The notes below the pieces were generated by a model that searched no databases, had not been told where the DNA came from, and saw only the letters and a program-made list of their open reading frames with translations. From Spirochaetia bacterium (GTDB lineage: Bacteria > Spirochaetota > Spirochaetia > DSM-27196 > Salinispiraceae): 64,000 nt of DNA. The position numbers and the translations under genes were made by a program. The DNA lies in NCBI GenBank assembly GCA_038204425.1, contig JBBRCZ010000001.1, forward strand, positions 448,001 to 512,000, read 5' to 3'. Each line of letters opens with the position of its first letter. Within the stretch, counting starts at the first letter, position 1. This document shows, in pieces, positions 53,698-63,659 of the stretch.

Positions 53698-55550
53698 ACT
53701 ACAGCTACCGCAAGGCTGCCAATCCAACTGAGTACTCGGTTATCGAAGGCTTGGGACTGAGCAGCAAAGATCAAAAAACAATTGCTAAAGATATACCATG
53801 CCAAGCCGCATGTCCTGCCAAAACCAATGTGCCGGGCTACATCGAGCAAATAGCCAAGGGCAACTTTGATGCGGCCTACCGAATCAATCTAGAAGACAAT
53901 GTATTTCCCGGGGTTTTAGGACGAATTTGTACGCGACCTTGTGAAGACGCTTGTCGCCATAAATGGACCAACACCAACGGGCCAGTGCAGATATGTCATC
54001 TAAAACGAACCGGTGCCGATCACCACCAAGAAAAAGTTGAGCCATTGCCATCGTGGTTTGATACAACAGAAAAATCAGTTGCCATAGTCGGCGCCGGTCC
54101 TTGTGGTCTTGCGGCAGCGAGGGAGCTGCGCCGTTATGGACACCAAGTCACCATTTTTGAGAAAGGCACTTACGCAGGCGGCATGATGGTCGATGGCATA
54201 CCACGCTTTAGGTTGCCAATAGAAACGGTTCGTAGCGAAATTGATCTAATTATAGCAAGCGGTATTGATTTGCGCTTGGGTCAATCAATAGATGCAAAAA
54301 AAATTAGAGAATTGGAAAAATTCTACGATGCGGTTCTTATTGCCACCGGCACCACACTGCCTCGTCTTTTGGAATTTGATACCACTTTTGAAACCAATAA
54401 GGGTGCCAAAAACGATCAAATCATTTCTGGTCTAGAATTTATGAAGTCTTACAATGACGGTGAAATTCACCACATCGAAGGTGATGTGGTAGTCATTGGT
54501 GGTGGATTTACTGCGGTTGACTGTGCGCGCGCATGTGCTCGAGCGGCCAAGCGCATTATCGGTGAGGGTGGCAATGTTTCAATAATGTATCGCCGAACCG
54601 AACATCACATGGCAGCAGAGCTCGAAGAGATGGAAGAAATCAAGCTCGAAAACATTGAAGTGAGAACGCTAGTTTCTCCACTTGGTTTCGTAGTTGAAGA
54701 TGGCCGGATCAGTGGGGTTCGACTTGTGCGCAATAAAATTGTTCAAGCTGGTGCCGCAAGCAAACCGGGCATTGTTGCTATCGAAGGGAGCGAATTTATT
54801 CAGCCTTGCCACACCGTGATTGTGGCCATAGGCCAAGAACAAGATTTTTCGATACTTCCAGAAGGTATAAGGGCTGGCCAAGGCCAAGTTAGCACCAATG
54901 CCAAGGTATTTTTTGCAGGCGAATTTCTGACAGGCTCTAGCGACGTAATTCATGTAGTAGCCGAAGGCAAAGCTGTTGCCGACGAAATTGACCGTAGCCT
55001 AACTGGGTTAGTGCGTAAAAAGAAGCACGTCGCTATCCAAGTTGTAAATGATATGGGTGACGGTGAAACCGGGCGCCATAGAGCCCATGATCAACAAAGC
55101 CTAGCACCACTAAAGATCGCATCACTGCCTTTTCGCATTGATGCAAAAATAGAAGTCGAACAAGGAATACAAATAGACCAAATAGATACTGCTGCTACTC
55201 GCTGTTATTTGTGCAACTACAAATTTAGTATCGACAATGACAAGTGTATTCACTGCGACTGGTGCATTGAAGTTGCACCTCGCGATTGTATCAAAAAAAT
55301 TAGCATGGTCTTTAACGACGACGACGGATTTGTGAAGGACTATGTCGAAACGGACGTGTCGTCACGAGCAACATTTATACATATAGATTCAGACGAGTGT
55401 ATACGCTGTGGAAAGTGCTTGAGAGTCTGCCCAACTGGGGCCATCACCATGCGAAGAGCGGACCTAGTCGATTGCATTAGTACTGATTCTCAAAAAACAG
55501 CGAGCCCTGAGGGCTGGAAGCCACTAAGTATCGGTCTATTGAAGCGATAG
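53694..55550 (+). CDS. GltD/DsrL-like NAD(P)H:Fe-S flavoprotein with a C-terminal ferredoxin domain
   Basis: PCQAACP...GRICTRPCEDAC, GAGPCG, GGGFTAVDCAR, YRR, RCYLC, CIHCDWC, CIRCGKCLRVCP; ATGA overlap with the reductase. Confidence 0.85.
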   Translation: MNYSYRKAANPTEYSVIEGLGLSSKDQKTIAKDIPCQAACPAKTNVPGYIEQIAKGNFDAAYRINLEDNVFPGVLGRICTRPCEDACRHKWTNTNGPVQICHLKRTGADHHQEKVEPLPSWFDTTEKSVAIVGAGPCGLAAARELRRYGHQVTIFEKGTYAGGMMVDGIPRFRLPIETVRSEIDLIIASGIDLRLGQSIDAKKIRELEKFYDAVLIATGTTLPRLLEFDTTFETNKGAKNDQIISGLEFMKSYNDGEIHHIEGDVVVIGGGFTAVDCARACARAAKRIIGEGGNVSIMYRRTEHHMAAELEEMEEIKLENIEVRTLVSPLGFVVEDGRISGVRLVRNKIVQAGAASKPGIVAIEGSEFIQPCHTVIVAIGQEQDFSILPEGIRAGQGQVSTNAKVFFAGEFLTGSSDVIHVVAEGKAVADEIDRSLTGLVRKKKHVAIQVVNDMGDGETGRHRAHDQQSLAPLKIASLPFRIDAKIEVEQGIQIDQIDTAATRCYLCNYKFSIDNDKCIHCDWCIEVAPRDCIKKISMVFNDDDGFVKDYVETDVSSRATFIHIDSDECIRCGKCLRVCPTGAITMRRADLVDCISTDSQKTASPEGWKPLSIGLLKR

Positions 55551-55678
55551 AGCGGAATCTGTCAAGTATATTTTTTAGAAATTGCACTTTTTGTGACTTT
55601 TAGTCTGGTGACCAGTGCTGGGTTGACCTATCATTTAAGCGTAACTATAAAATAGCTATCACTACTTGGAGACTTTCA

Positions 55679-57802
55679 GTGAATCTCAGCATAAAAACAA
55701 AGTTCTTTACTGCCATAGTTCTTGTCGTGACAATCTCTGCAACCGTTTTCTATTTTTCCGAATCAACGGCCGTCACTCGTATTGAAGAACTTGGCAATTT
55801 AGCCAATCTTCAAAACAAAGACACTTCAGCAAAAGATTTGGCACACGATATCCAGGTGCAGCTTGCTCAATTGAGTGAGACCTACGCGTTAGCTTCGCAA
55901 AGCGACCAGGAGCAAAAGCTATCGATAGATGCTAAACAATATTTGGATACCAGCTCAGAAGGCTTATCGGCTTTAGCTAGTTACGCTGCCGGTCTTGAAG
56001 AAAGAAACAAGCGTTTGCTTGCCTTTGAACAGCAAAGCTCTATTTTGATTGCTCAAATAATCCATGGAGAAGCAAACCCAGATTCTGGATTAAGCACTTT
56101 TGTAAAAAACACGATACAGGAAAGACAACTATTTTGGATGCTTGGACTTGGCGCTGCACTAGTGATCTTGCTCATAGGTTTTGTGCTTGCACATAAGGCA
56201 AGCAGTTCTCTGCGAGCAACTATTGCTGCAGCCCAGCAACTCACTAACAAAACCAGCAATCTAGATAGCCGGTTGCCAGTATTCGCACAAGATGAAACGG
56301 CCAAGATCGCCACTGGCTTCAACAATTTTTTGGACAAGATGCAAGGTCTGCTTGCTTCTATCGTTTCCACCGTCAAAAAAAGCCAGCAACTCGGTATTCA
56401 TCTCTCCAAATCCTCTAGGGCTTCGGCTGAGACTATAAGACAAGTCAAAGACAGCATTCAAAGCATTCGCTCGGAGGTATTTAAACTTGATGATGACGTG
56501 TCTAGCTCATCAAGCGCTGTCGAAGAAATAATGGCCTCGGTGCATAGCCTTGCCTCTCAAGTAGAAAACCAATTTCAAGCCATAGAAAGCTCAAGTTCCT
56601 CAATCGAACAAATAATGGCCTCAGTCGCCAGCGTTGCAAACATCGCTAGTTCTCGGACCCAAACCATGGAAAATCTCGTCAGGATGATTAGAGATGGCAC
56701 TGATAAGGTAAGTTCAACCAACGCTATTATTTTCCAAATTTTATCTGATACTGACAACATGATGGAAATGGTCGACATAATAAATGGTGTGGCGCGTCAA
56801 ACCAATCTCTTGGCCATGAACGCGTCCATAGAAGCGGCTCACGCAGGTGAAGCAGGCAAAGGCTTTGCTGTAGTAGCCGACGAAGTACGCAAGTTAGCAG
56901 AAGATACTGCTGTTAACGCTGCCATGATTGGACAGTCCCTAAAATCAGTTACTCAAAGAATCAAGGAAGCTGGAACTGCCGGTTCGGCGAGTCAACAGTC
57001 ACTTGGGGCAATCAACAATGAAGTCAATGAATTTTCTTCTACATTGCAGGAAGTGAGCCTCTCGATGAATGAATTGTCGCTGGCAAGCACTGAGATTTTA
57101 CATTCGATCGAAACATTGGTTCTTACCAGCCAACAGGTGCGAGATTCTTCCAACGAGATGGGCATTGGCAGCAACGACATATTAAGATCTATTCAAAGCC
57201 TTAAAGAAGTCTCGGCAAATACTTTGCTGAGTGTTGATAATTTGGTAGTACTGTCAGAAACCCTTGAAAAATTATCGTTGCAAGTCTCTTCTTTTGGCAA
57301 CCAAAGCCAGTTTAACAGCTCTATTCTGGTTAAGGAAATAGCATTAATTACCAAGGCCGACACAACTATAGACGTCAACGTCACTTCTTCGGTTGGAATC
57401 GATTGGTCGGACATATTATCGGTAGGCATAGCAAGTATGGATGGAGAACACAAAGAATTATTTTTGCGGATCAACAATCTGCTAAAAGCTCTACTGGAGG
57501 GAAACCAACCAGCCAGAATTGAGGAACTCGTAAGCTTTATAACACAATACGTCGACATCCATTTTGGCAATGAAGAAAGTCTTATGGCCAGCTACAAGTA
57601 TCCAAAATTGGCCGAGCACGCAAAGCTCCATGAACACTTTAAGCAGGAGTTTAATGCGGTAATTGACAGACTTAAGAAGGAAGGTATGTCGGCCGTTCTT
57701 TTGATAGAAATTCAAGACAAAGTTGTTCAGTGGCTCTTAGATCATATAGCCAAAGTTGACAAACAATACGGAGACTTTATTGAGCAGGTGAAGGCCGGTT
57801 AA
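55679..57802 (+). CDS. Methyl-accepting chemotaxis protein with C-terminal hemerythrin domain
   Basis: Two TMs, [39 protein letters not shown]; hemerythrin motifs EHKEL, HFGNEE, HAKLH, HIAKVD. Confidence 0.92.
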   Translation: MNLSIKTKFFTAIVLVVTISATVFYFSESTAVTRIEELGNLANLQNKDTSAKDLAHDIQVQLAQLSETYALASQSDQEQKLSIDAKQYLDTSSEGLSALASYAAGLEERNKRLLAFEQQSSILIAQIIHGEANPDSGLSTFVKNTIQERQLFWMLGLGAALVILLIGFVLAHKASSSLRATIAAAQQLTNKTSNLDSRLPVFAQDETAKIATGFNNFLDKMQGLLASIVSTVKKSQQLGIHLSKSSRASAETIRQVKDSIQSIRSEVFKLDDDVSSSSSAVEEIMASVHSLASQVENQFQAIESSSSSIEQIMASVASVANIASSRTQTMENLVRMIRDGTDKVSSTNAIIFQILSDTDNMMEMVDIINGVARQTNLLAMNASIEAAHAGEAGKGFAVVADEVRKLAEDTAVNAAMIGQSLKSVTQRIKEAGTAGSASQQSLGAINNEVNEFSSTLQEVSLSMNELSLASTEILHSIETLVLTSQQVRDSSNEMGIGSNDILRSIQSLKEVSANTLLSVDNLVVLSETLEKLSLQVSSFGNQSQFNSSILVKEIALITKADTTIDVNVTSSVGIDWSDILSVGIASMDGEHKELFLRINNLLKALLEGNQPARIEELVSFITQYVDIHFGNEESLMASYKYPKLAEHAKLHEHFKQEFNAVIDRLKKEGMSAVLLIEIQDKVVQWLLDHIAKVDKQYGDFIEQVKAG

Positions 57803-57834
57803 AACTGATCTCAAGGTTGTGAGCCTCTTTTATG

Positions 57835-58134
57835 CTAGGTCTGCTTTCTTTTAGGTTTGCTGCGTTGATCGCCAAAGTATTTCTCACTTCGATAGCGAAG
57901 CCAAACCCGTAGCACCTGCGGTATTAGGTCTTTTTCTGGCTTGCTCAAAGTTTCATAAAGCTTAAGCGCTCGTTCACGTTCGGTACGACAGGCCAAATTG
58001 TTATGGGCATCCCAGTTTGTGCGCGCGAGTCGAATCAAGCGACATACTTCTTTGATGAGAGCGCCCCGATCTTGTATTTGGGTCGACTTGGGTGAGCTTA
58101 TTTTCTTCGCCTGATTTTCTAAGTTGTCTGACAC
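57835..58134 (-). CDS. Small conserved hypothetical protein
   Basis: 99-aa ORF in an otherwise empty gap, with motif EVCRLIRLARTNWDAHNN.ACR...LRVWLRYRSEKYFG. Confidence 0.65.
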   Translation of the reverse strand: MSDNLENQAKKISSPKSTQIQDRGALIKEVCRLIRLARTNWDAHNNLACRTERERALKLYETLSKPEKDLIPQVLRVWLRYRSEKYFGDQRSKPKRKQT

Positions 58135-58238
58135 AAGTACCTTTTTGCCATCCCGATTGCTGGCGCTTGGCTAGCGCTCCAACCTTGCAAGAAGTATAAC
58201 ATTATGCACAGTGGCTGTCTTTTACTTTTTCAAAACGA

Positions 58239-61200
58239 TTGACCGCGTTAGTTTGGGCAGGTATTATGATGGCCCGCATGCCCAGTTCTACAAGCCTCGA
58301 CTTAGTTAAAAAACACGGTAAGCTAATCAAGCTCAAAGCTGCCTGCCAACTCTGGCAAAATCGTAGGGTGTATCGCATACAAGCCATTCATGGCTCTTTC
58401 CAGGCCTTGGTCTTAGATGACACCGTCCTACCACACCAAGTGCATTGGCAGGAAAACAAAAATCAAGTTACTTTTGACTGCGACTGCAAGACCTATGGTG
58501 AGTTGCCTTGTAAGCATGTCTGGGCACTTTTGTTTGAGCTAAGACAGCGGTCAGCACTCGTTTCTCCAGTCTTCAAGAACTTGATTGGTGCATATTTGGA
58601 ACAAAGGAACGTCGCCGGCACGTTGCCTGGACGTGAATTCCTTCGCACACGTTCTCTATTTGAACATCAAACTAGCACACCTGCTTCGCATCAGCTTTCT
58701 CTTTTTGACCAAGATGAATCAGCAGAACCAAGTCAAGCGCCCCTTCTTACTAATGTTTTGATAGCTCAGACCTCAGCTCTGGCCTCCAGCAGTACTCTGC
58801 GAAGTAAAGTAGCAAATCCGATTCAAACGCGAACAGTTGCTATTGTACGTCCGGCACTTGCGCATCGCAATGAACTTTCGCTTGAGTTTGGAGAAGAAGT
58901 CTGTGACCAAGAGCGTTTTGAACCGATGCCACAATGGATAGAAGACTTGATTGGTCATGCCAAGTCCTCGGCGGTTCCACTAGTTAGGTTATTTGACTGC
59001 CATTATCAAAGGGTCTCGCGTTCTGCTGAACAAACACCAAGTGATCTTGCGGAACTATCTTACTGGCTCCGAACTGAAAGCCGCCGTCCCATCAACATCA
59101 GTATCTTAAGCGGCCTGAAGCTTAGGGGACGATTGGTTAAGACCCAAAACGATGCAATTTTTCCGTCTCAGTCAAGCCCCAGGATGCGCTACGTCTTTGA
59201 ATGTGCTGCCAATGGACAAGCTCAATTTGACGCGCTTAGCTTGTGGTCAGCCGAAAGCGATTGGCTCTACCACTACCAGAGCAAGGATCGCCAGCTACTA
59301 ATTCTGCGTCACCCACAAGCCGCTTCCTGGTGGCGCAGTCAAAGCAATCAAGGCTACGACTACAGTTTAGAACAATTGGCTGTTGCAGCAGAGTACGCCA
59401 GCAAAACTTGCTCAGATGTAATCAGCTTTGAGCTGCCAACACACTTGCCGGTTAAACTCTTGCACCTCAATCCACGTCCAATCTTAAGTCTCGGCACAAG
59501 CTCAGACAGGACCGAAATCTCACTTTCCTTTGCTTATGGAAACCAAGAAGTCAACCTTCGTGATGAACGAGAGGTAATAGCCGAAGCAAGTAAAGATCAA
59601 GATTCCGAAGACAATCAAGTCCAAGCAGCTTACTGGCGCAAGAGAGACCAAGAACAAACTCATCTGGGTCGCTTACGTAGCTTGGTAGACGATATTTTGC
59701 TTTTTGAGGGAGGTCTGTATGCAAGTTTACTTAGCCATAGCCCTGTCGCCGATCTCAGCCTAAGTTTGAGCTTTAAAGACTTTGTTCTCGAGCGCGGTCA
59801 AGAGCTCATGCAAGACGGTTTTGAACTGCGCTATGAGGGGCGAAGAATGAACACAAGTTCTGGATTGGCCTTTAAAGCCGAGCATGGCATAGACTGGTTT
59901 GGCCTGCGCACCGTATGGAAGAAAGAAGGACACAGCCTCGGTCTAACTTTGCTCAACGACCCGCAAAGCTTCAAAAGCGGCCTATCACGAGGTCAGGATC
60001 CAGAAGGTAACGAGTGCTGGATAGTTATGGGCAAGAACGATTTAGAACGCTTGCGTGTGCTAAGCGAAATGGGAATGGACAAAAACGGGCTCTTGCATAC
60101 CAGCCCTGTCAATATTTCTTTGATAAACAGCTTCTATCAAGAAGTAGAAAATCAAGATCATCACAGCATCGTAAGTGCTAGGCAGCTTTGTCTCAGTCTA
60201 GAAGAACTAAGAACCAAGATGGATGGGGAAGACTTTTCTTCATTACCTTTTGAAGTGCCGCAGGGGCTTAAAGCGCAACTGCGCCCCTACCAGCTTGCTG
60301 GCTACAACTGGCTACGCCTTTTACATCAAAACCAAGTTGGTGCTTGTTTAGCCGACGATATGGGACTTGGCAAGACGATCCAGACTATTGCACTACTTCT
60401 ATCACTTAAGGAACAAAACAATCTTGGACCCAGCATCCTAATTGCACCAGTGGTAACCATTCCAAACTGGGAAGACGAAATACTGCGTTTTGCACCGAGC
60501 CTAAGCATACGACGACATGGCGGCAGTGATCGTTTGCGAAGCGTGGAAGAGCTTTTGAGCCAGGACTCCAAAAGTGGCCAGCCCCCAGATTTGATTCTGA
60601 CCAGCTATCACACCTTGCGCAACGACCTGCACATCTTTGTCAAACATCAATGGGACTATCTAATTTTGGACGAGGCTCACTATATCAAGAACGCTAGCAG
60701 TCAACTCTTTAAAGCTGTTAAGGTGCTTCCAAGCAAGCATCGTTTGTCTTTAACCGGCACGCCGCTAGAAAACTCAACCCTAGAACTATGGAGTCAATTT
60801 AGTTTTCTCAATCCGGGTTTACTTGGAATACGCAGAAAGTTTGCCAGCGAATTTGCCCAAAGGATCGAAAAAGATGCCGATGAAGAGTCTTTGGAAATGC
60901 TTAGATCAACAGTCGCTCCATTTATACTTCGGAGGCGAAAACAAGACGTGCTGCATGACCTGCCTCCCAAAGAAGAAATTATCTTTAGAACGGAGATGGC
61001 AAGTCAACAAGCAGAACTCTACGAGAAGCATCGTGAAACATTTAGGCAAGAACTGGAAGGGGTAATTGACCAGAAAGGTCTCCAACATAGCCGCATGGAT
61101 GTCTTGCGTGCGATGCTGCGCTTGCGTCAAATTGCTATTCATCCAGCAATGGTAAAAGGCCCTGATGGCTTGCATCCCTATGCCAACGTCCCTTCTTGCA

Positions 61201-61700
61201 AGCTTGATGCATTGAGTATGCTACTAGACGAAAGCGTTGACGAGGGGCATAAAACGCTCGTTTTCTCTCAGTTTGTTTCAGCGCTCAACTTAATTGCAGC
61301 TCAACTGGATAGCACCAAATGCCCGTATGCGCTTTTGACAGGCGCAACAAAGGATAGACGGGCGGAGGTTGAGTCATTTAGAAACGATGCCCGGTTAAAT
61401 GTATTTCTTTTGTCGCTCAAAGCCGGGGGAGTTGGCATAAATCTAACCAAAGCTGACAATGTGGTGCTATTTGATCCATGGTGGAATCCAGCTGCTGAAC
61501 GCCAAGCAGTAGACCGAGCACACCGCATGGGCCAACGCAACCCGGTAGTTGTCTACAAGTTTATTACCTCAGGAACCATAGAAGAAAAGATTGTCCAACT
61601 ACAAGAACGCAAACATCTCTTAATTGGGTCCTTGATTGCTGGTGACCAAGTCTTTGCTTCCAATTTAAATGGTGAAGACGTACTAAACCTCTTCACTTAG
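58239..61700 (+). CDS. SWIM zinc-finger + SNF2-family helicase/ATPase
   Basis: CDC...CKH SWIM; LRPYQ, ADDMGLGKT, DEAH, LTGTPLEN, AGGVGINL, DPWWNP, DRAHRMGQ; start uncertain (ATG 58266/58278). Confidence 0.93.
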   Translation: MTALVWAGIMMARMPSSTSLDLVKKHGKLIKLKAACQLWQNRRVYRIQAIHGSFQALVLDDTVLPHQVHWQENKNQVTFDCDCKTYGELPCKHVWALLFELRQRSALVSPVFKNLIGAYLEQRNVAGTLPGREFLRTRSLFEHQTSTPASHQLSLFDQDESAEPSQAPLLTNVLIAQTSALASSSTLRSKVANPIQTRTVAIVRPALAHRNELSLEFGEEVCDQERFEPMPQWIEDLIGHAKSSAVPLVRLFDCHYQRVSRSAEQTPSDLAELSYWLRTESRRPINISILSGLKLRGRLVKTQNDAIFPSQSSPRMRYVFECAANGQAQFDALSLWSAESDWLYHYQSKDRQLLILRHPQAASWWRSQSNQGYDYSLEQLAVAAEYASKTCSDVISFELPTHLPVKLLHLNPRPILSLGTSSDRTEISLSFAYGNQEVNLRDEREVIAEASKDQDSEDNQVQAAYWRKRDQEQTHLGRLRSLVDDILLFEGGLYASLLSHSPVADLSLSLSFKDFVLERGQELMQDGFELRYEGRRMNTSSGLAFKAEHGIDWFGLRTVWKKEGHSLGLTLLNDPQSFKSGLSRGQDPEGNECWIVMGKNDLERLRVLSEMGMDKNGLLHTSPVNISLINSFYQEVENQDHHSIVSARQLCLSLEELRTKMDGEDFSSLPFEVPQGLKAQLRPYQLAGYNWLRLLHQNQVGACLADDMGLGKTIQTIALLLSLKEQNNLGPSILIAPVVTIPNWEDEILRFAPSLSIRRHGGSDRLRSVEELLSQDSKSGQPPDLILTSYHTLRNDLHIFVKHQWDYLILDEAHYIKNASSQLFKAVKVLPSKHRLSLTGTPLENSTLELWSQFSFLNPGLLGIRRKFASEFAQRIEKDADEESLEMLRSTVAPFILRRRKQDVLHDLPPKEEIIFRTEMASQQAELYEKHRETFRQELEGVIDQKGLQHSRMDVLRAMLRLRQIAIHPAMVKGPDGLHPYANVPSCKLDALSMLLDESVDEGHKTLVFSQFVSALNLIAAQLDSTKCPYALLTGATKDRRAEVESFRNDARLNVFLLSLKAGGVGINLTKADNVVLFDPWWNPAAERQAVDRAHRMGQRNPVVVYKFITSGTIEEKIVQLQERKHLLIGSLIAGDQVFASNLNGEDVLNLFT

Positions 61701-61707
61701 TCAAAAA

Positions 61708-63213
61708 CTATAGTTTTTCGGTTACTCGATATTCCAAGTACTTACCCAAGAACAAGCGAGTATGCGCATCTAGGCCTGGCATAGCCATAAACAAAAAGCC
61801 CGAAAATGGAAGCAAAACACAGAGTTCAAGCGGGTAAAGCATACGTCGCCACAAAGGCTGTTTGTTAAGATTTGGCTGCGAACGCATATCGATAAGAAGC
61901 AACATAAACAAAGCGGATGAACTTGGCACTAAAAGCCAAATGGTAATCTCATGAACAATTTGGCCAAACTGAGTCAAACCAAAACTCGGATTAAAAAAGT
62001 TTACCGTTGCAAGCCCTGCCGTCATCAATAGCCAATTAACCGGCCAAAGAAAGTGCAATTCCATTACGTGTGCCACGCGACCAAGCTTTTTGAGTGCTGG
62101 TATTTCGGTATCCAAAAGTGCTCGCTTAAGAATATAGACATCATCACTTGCACCCCAAGCCCAACGTTTGACTTGTTCATAGGTATTGACATAGGTGCTC
62201 CAGAAATCCTTGTCCTCTGCTGCATCCGCATAAACAGGCAAAAAGATTGGATCAACGCGAGTTTCGCCGTGAGTATCAAAAAATGCCTTAAAGAAGATTC
62301 TAAAGTCCTCTGGGATAACATCAACATCCCAAAAATCTATCTTCTCGAGTAAGCGCCAGCTCAGGCTGTAGGTAGAAAAATTGATCAGTCCATCTTGGCG
62401 CATTAGACCGCTTATAGAAACCACAGTACAGATTCTATTGAAAACGCGCATTAGAGCAGGAATTTTGTCAATGTTGTTGTAGAACATCAACGCGCCTTGC
62501 CATATGCGACGATGAGGAGAATCAGACTTTAGGAACTGTCTAGAAAGCTCAGCAAAATGGTTGTGATGAAAGCATATGTCGGCGTCGACCGAAGAAACGG
62601 TCAAGAGGTCTTTATTGATGTGCGAACGCTTTGGCAAAATATCTACCAAACACTTGGCTGCCCACGCCATATTGGAAGACTTGCCGACAACCTCTCCCGC
62701 AATGTTACCTGGATGACGAGTAAAAATCAGCTCTTCAAAAACATCCGCAAAACGGTCTCGTATTAGTTCTTCACGGGTGTCATTGAGTTCCGCACCTGCG
62801 CGTTCCTCAAATGCTATTACGGGTATCAAGCGTTTTGGACCAACAACCTGCTTTTGCAGGCACTCGAGTGTCCTCAAAAGAATGTGCCCAGGTTCTTTGT
62901 AAGTTGGTATGATTACCAGATGTCTAAGCTGCTCAAAATGTTGCAGTTCAAATAACTCGGGTAGCAAATTCGTCTTTTCTAGGGCTTGAATCCTTCGATG
63001 AGCGGCCCATCCACGACCCGCCGTAGCTAACGATGTTACCAACCAATACATGTAAAAAAATACAACAAAGCCAGCAACCACCTCGGGTACAATTAAAGCT
63101 CCCCAAAATGGAAAGAGAATAATGTTCCAGCTTGCAACAGCTGGCATCATCTCCAGTATGCGCTGACTCCCATGTGGATGGCGCACGATAAAGTTACGAA
63201 CAAATTGTGACAT
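61708..63213 (-). CDS. Membrane-bound processive glycosyltransferase family 2
   Basis: IIPTYKE, GKSSN, VDAD, PED, QVKRW (QxxRW); N- and C-terminal TM helices. Confidence 0.82.
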   Translation of the reverse strand: MSQFVRNFIVRHPHGSQRILEMMPAVASWNIILFPFWGALIVPEVVAGFVVFFYMYWLVTSLATAGRGWAAHRRIQALEKTNLLPELFELQHFEQLRHLVIIPTYKEPGHILLRTLECLQKQVVGPKRLIPVIAFEERAGAELNDTREELIRDRFADVFEELIFTRHPGNIAGEVVGKSSNMAWAAKCLVDILPKRSHINKDLLTVSSVDADICFHHNHFAELSRQFLKSDSPHRRIWQGALMFYNNIDKIPALMRVFNRICTVVSISGLMRQDGLINFSTYSLSWRLLEKIDFWDVDVIPEDFRIFFKAFFDTHGETRVDPIFLPVYADAAEDKDFWSTYVNTYEQVKRWAWGASDDVYILKRALLDTEIPALKKLGRVAHVMELHFLWPVNWLLMTAGLATVNFFNPSFGLTQFGQIVHEITIWLLVPSSSALFMLLLIDMRSQPNLNKQPLWRRMLYPLELCVLLPFSGFLFMAMPGLDAHTRLFLGKYLEYRVTEKL

Positions 63214-63360
63214 GCTTGGACAATAACAGTGATTTGCTCAGAGTGCAAGTATTGTTGCCTTAATTTGGCAGGATAGCACCAAAAATGACACAGAAATGTA
63301 GGATTTCTGCATGGCAGCAGCTTAGCTATGGCTCCAAAGTCCGACCCAGAAATAGGATAA

Positions 63361-63595
63361 CGAAATCACCCCGAGTTTACCAGAACCTTTTTTAATTAAG
63401 TCCAGCAACTAAGGCCGGAACTTGTTGATCAGTATAATATGCTTTTTCAAATTCCGCACGCGGTATATCTCCGATTGGCTGCAAGAGTCTGATGTGGTTA
63501 AACCTGTAAACCCATTCGAGGGTGGCATATTCGACATCGTCCAAATTTTTCTACGGCCCGTGCTTTCGAATGACTTCCGTTCTGTAAAGTCCCTT
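63361..63595 (-). mobile_element. IS3-family remnant: 3' end of OrfB with in-frame stop plus degenerate right terminal repeat
   Basis: Manual translation GLYRTEVIRKHGP*KNLDDVEYATLEWVYRFNHIRLLQPIGDIPRAEFEKAYY (TAG at 63551-63553, TAA at 63392-63394); end sequence CGAAATCACCCCGAGTTTACCAGA resembles an IS3 IR. Confidence 0.85.
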
Positions 63596-63659
63596 GTTGT
63601 GCCCGCTTTCCCTGTTTGATCTGCAGACTTACCTAGGGTTAGCGGGTTTCTTTTTGTCC

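Noticed and set aside
58239..61700. SWIM-SNF2 as a possible anti-phage system
   Set aside because: No neighbouring methylase, nuclease or other defence genes; stand-alone SWIM-SNF2 ATPases are widespread
63313..63328. GG-N10-GC sigma54-like element (TGGCAGCAGCTTAGCT)
   Set aside because: Poor match to TGGCAC-N5-TTGC and no intact downstream gene
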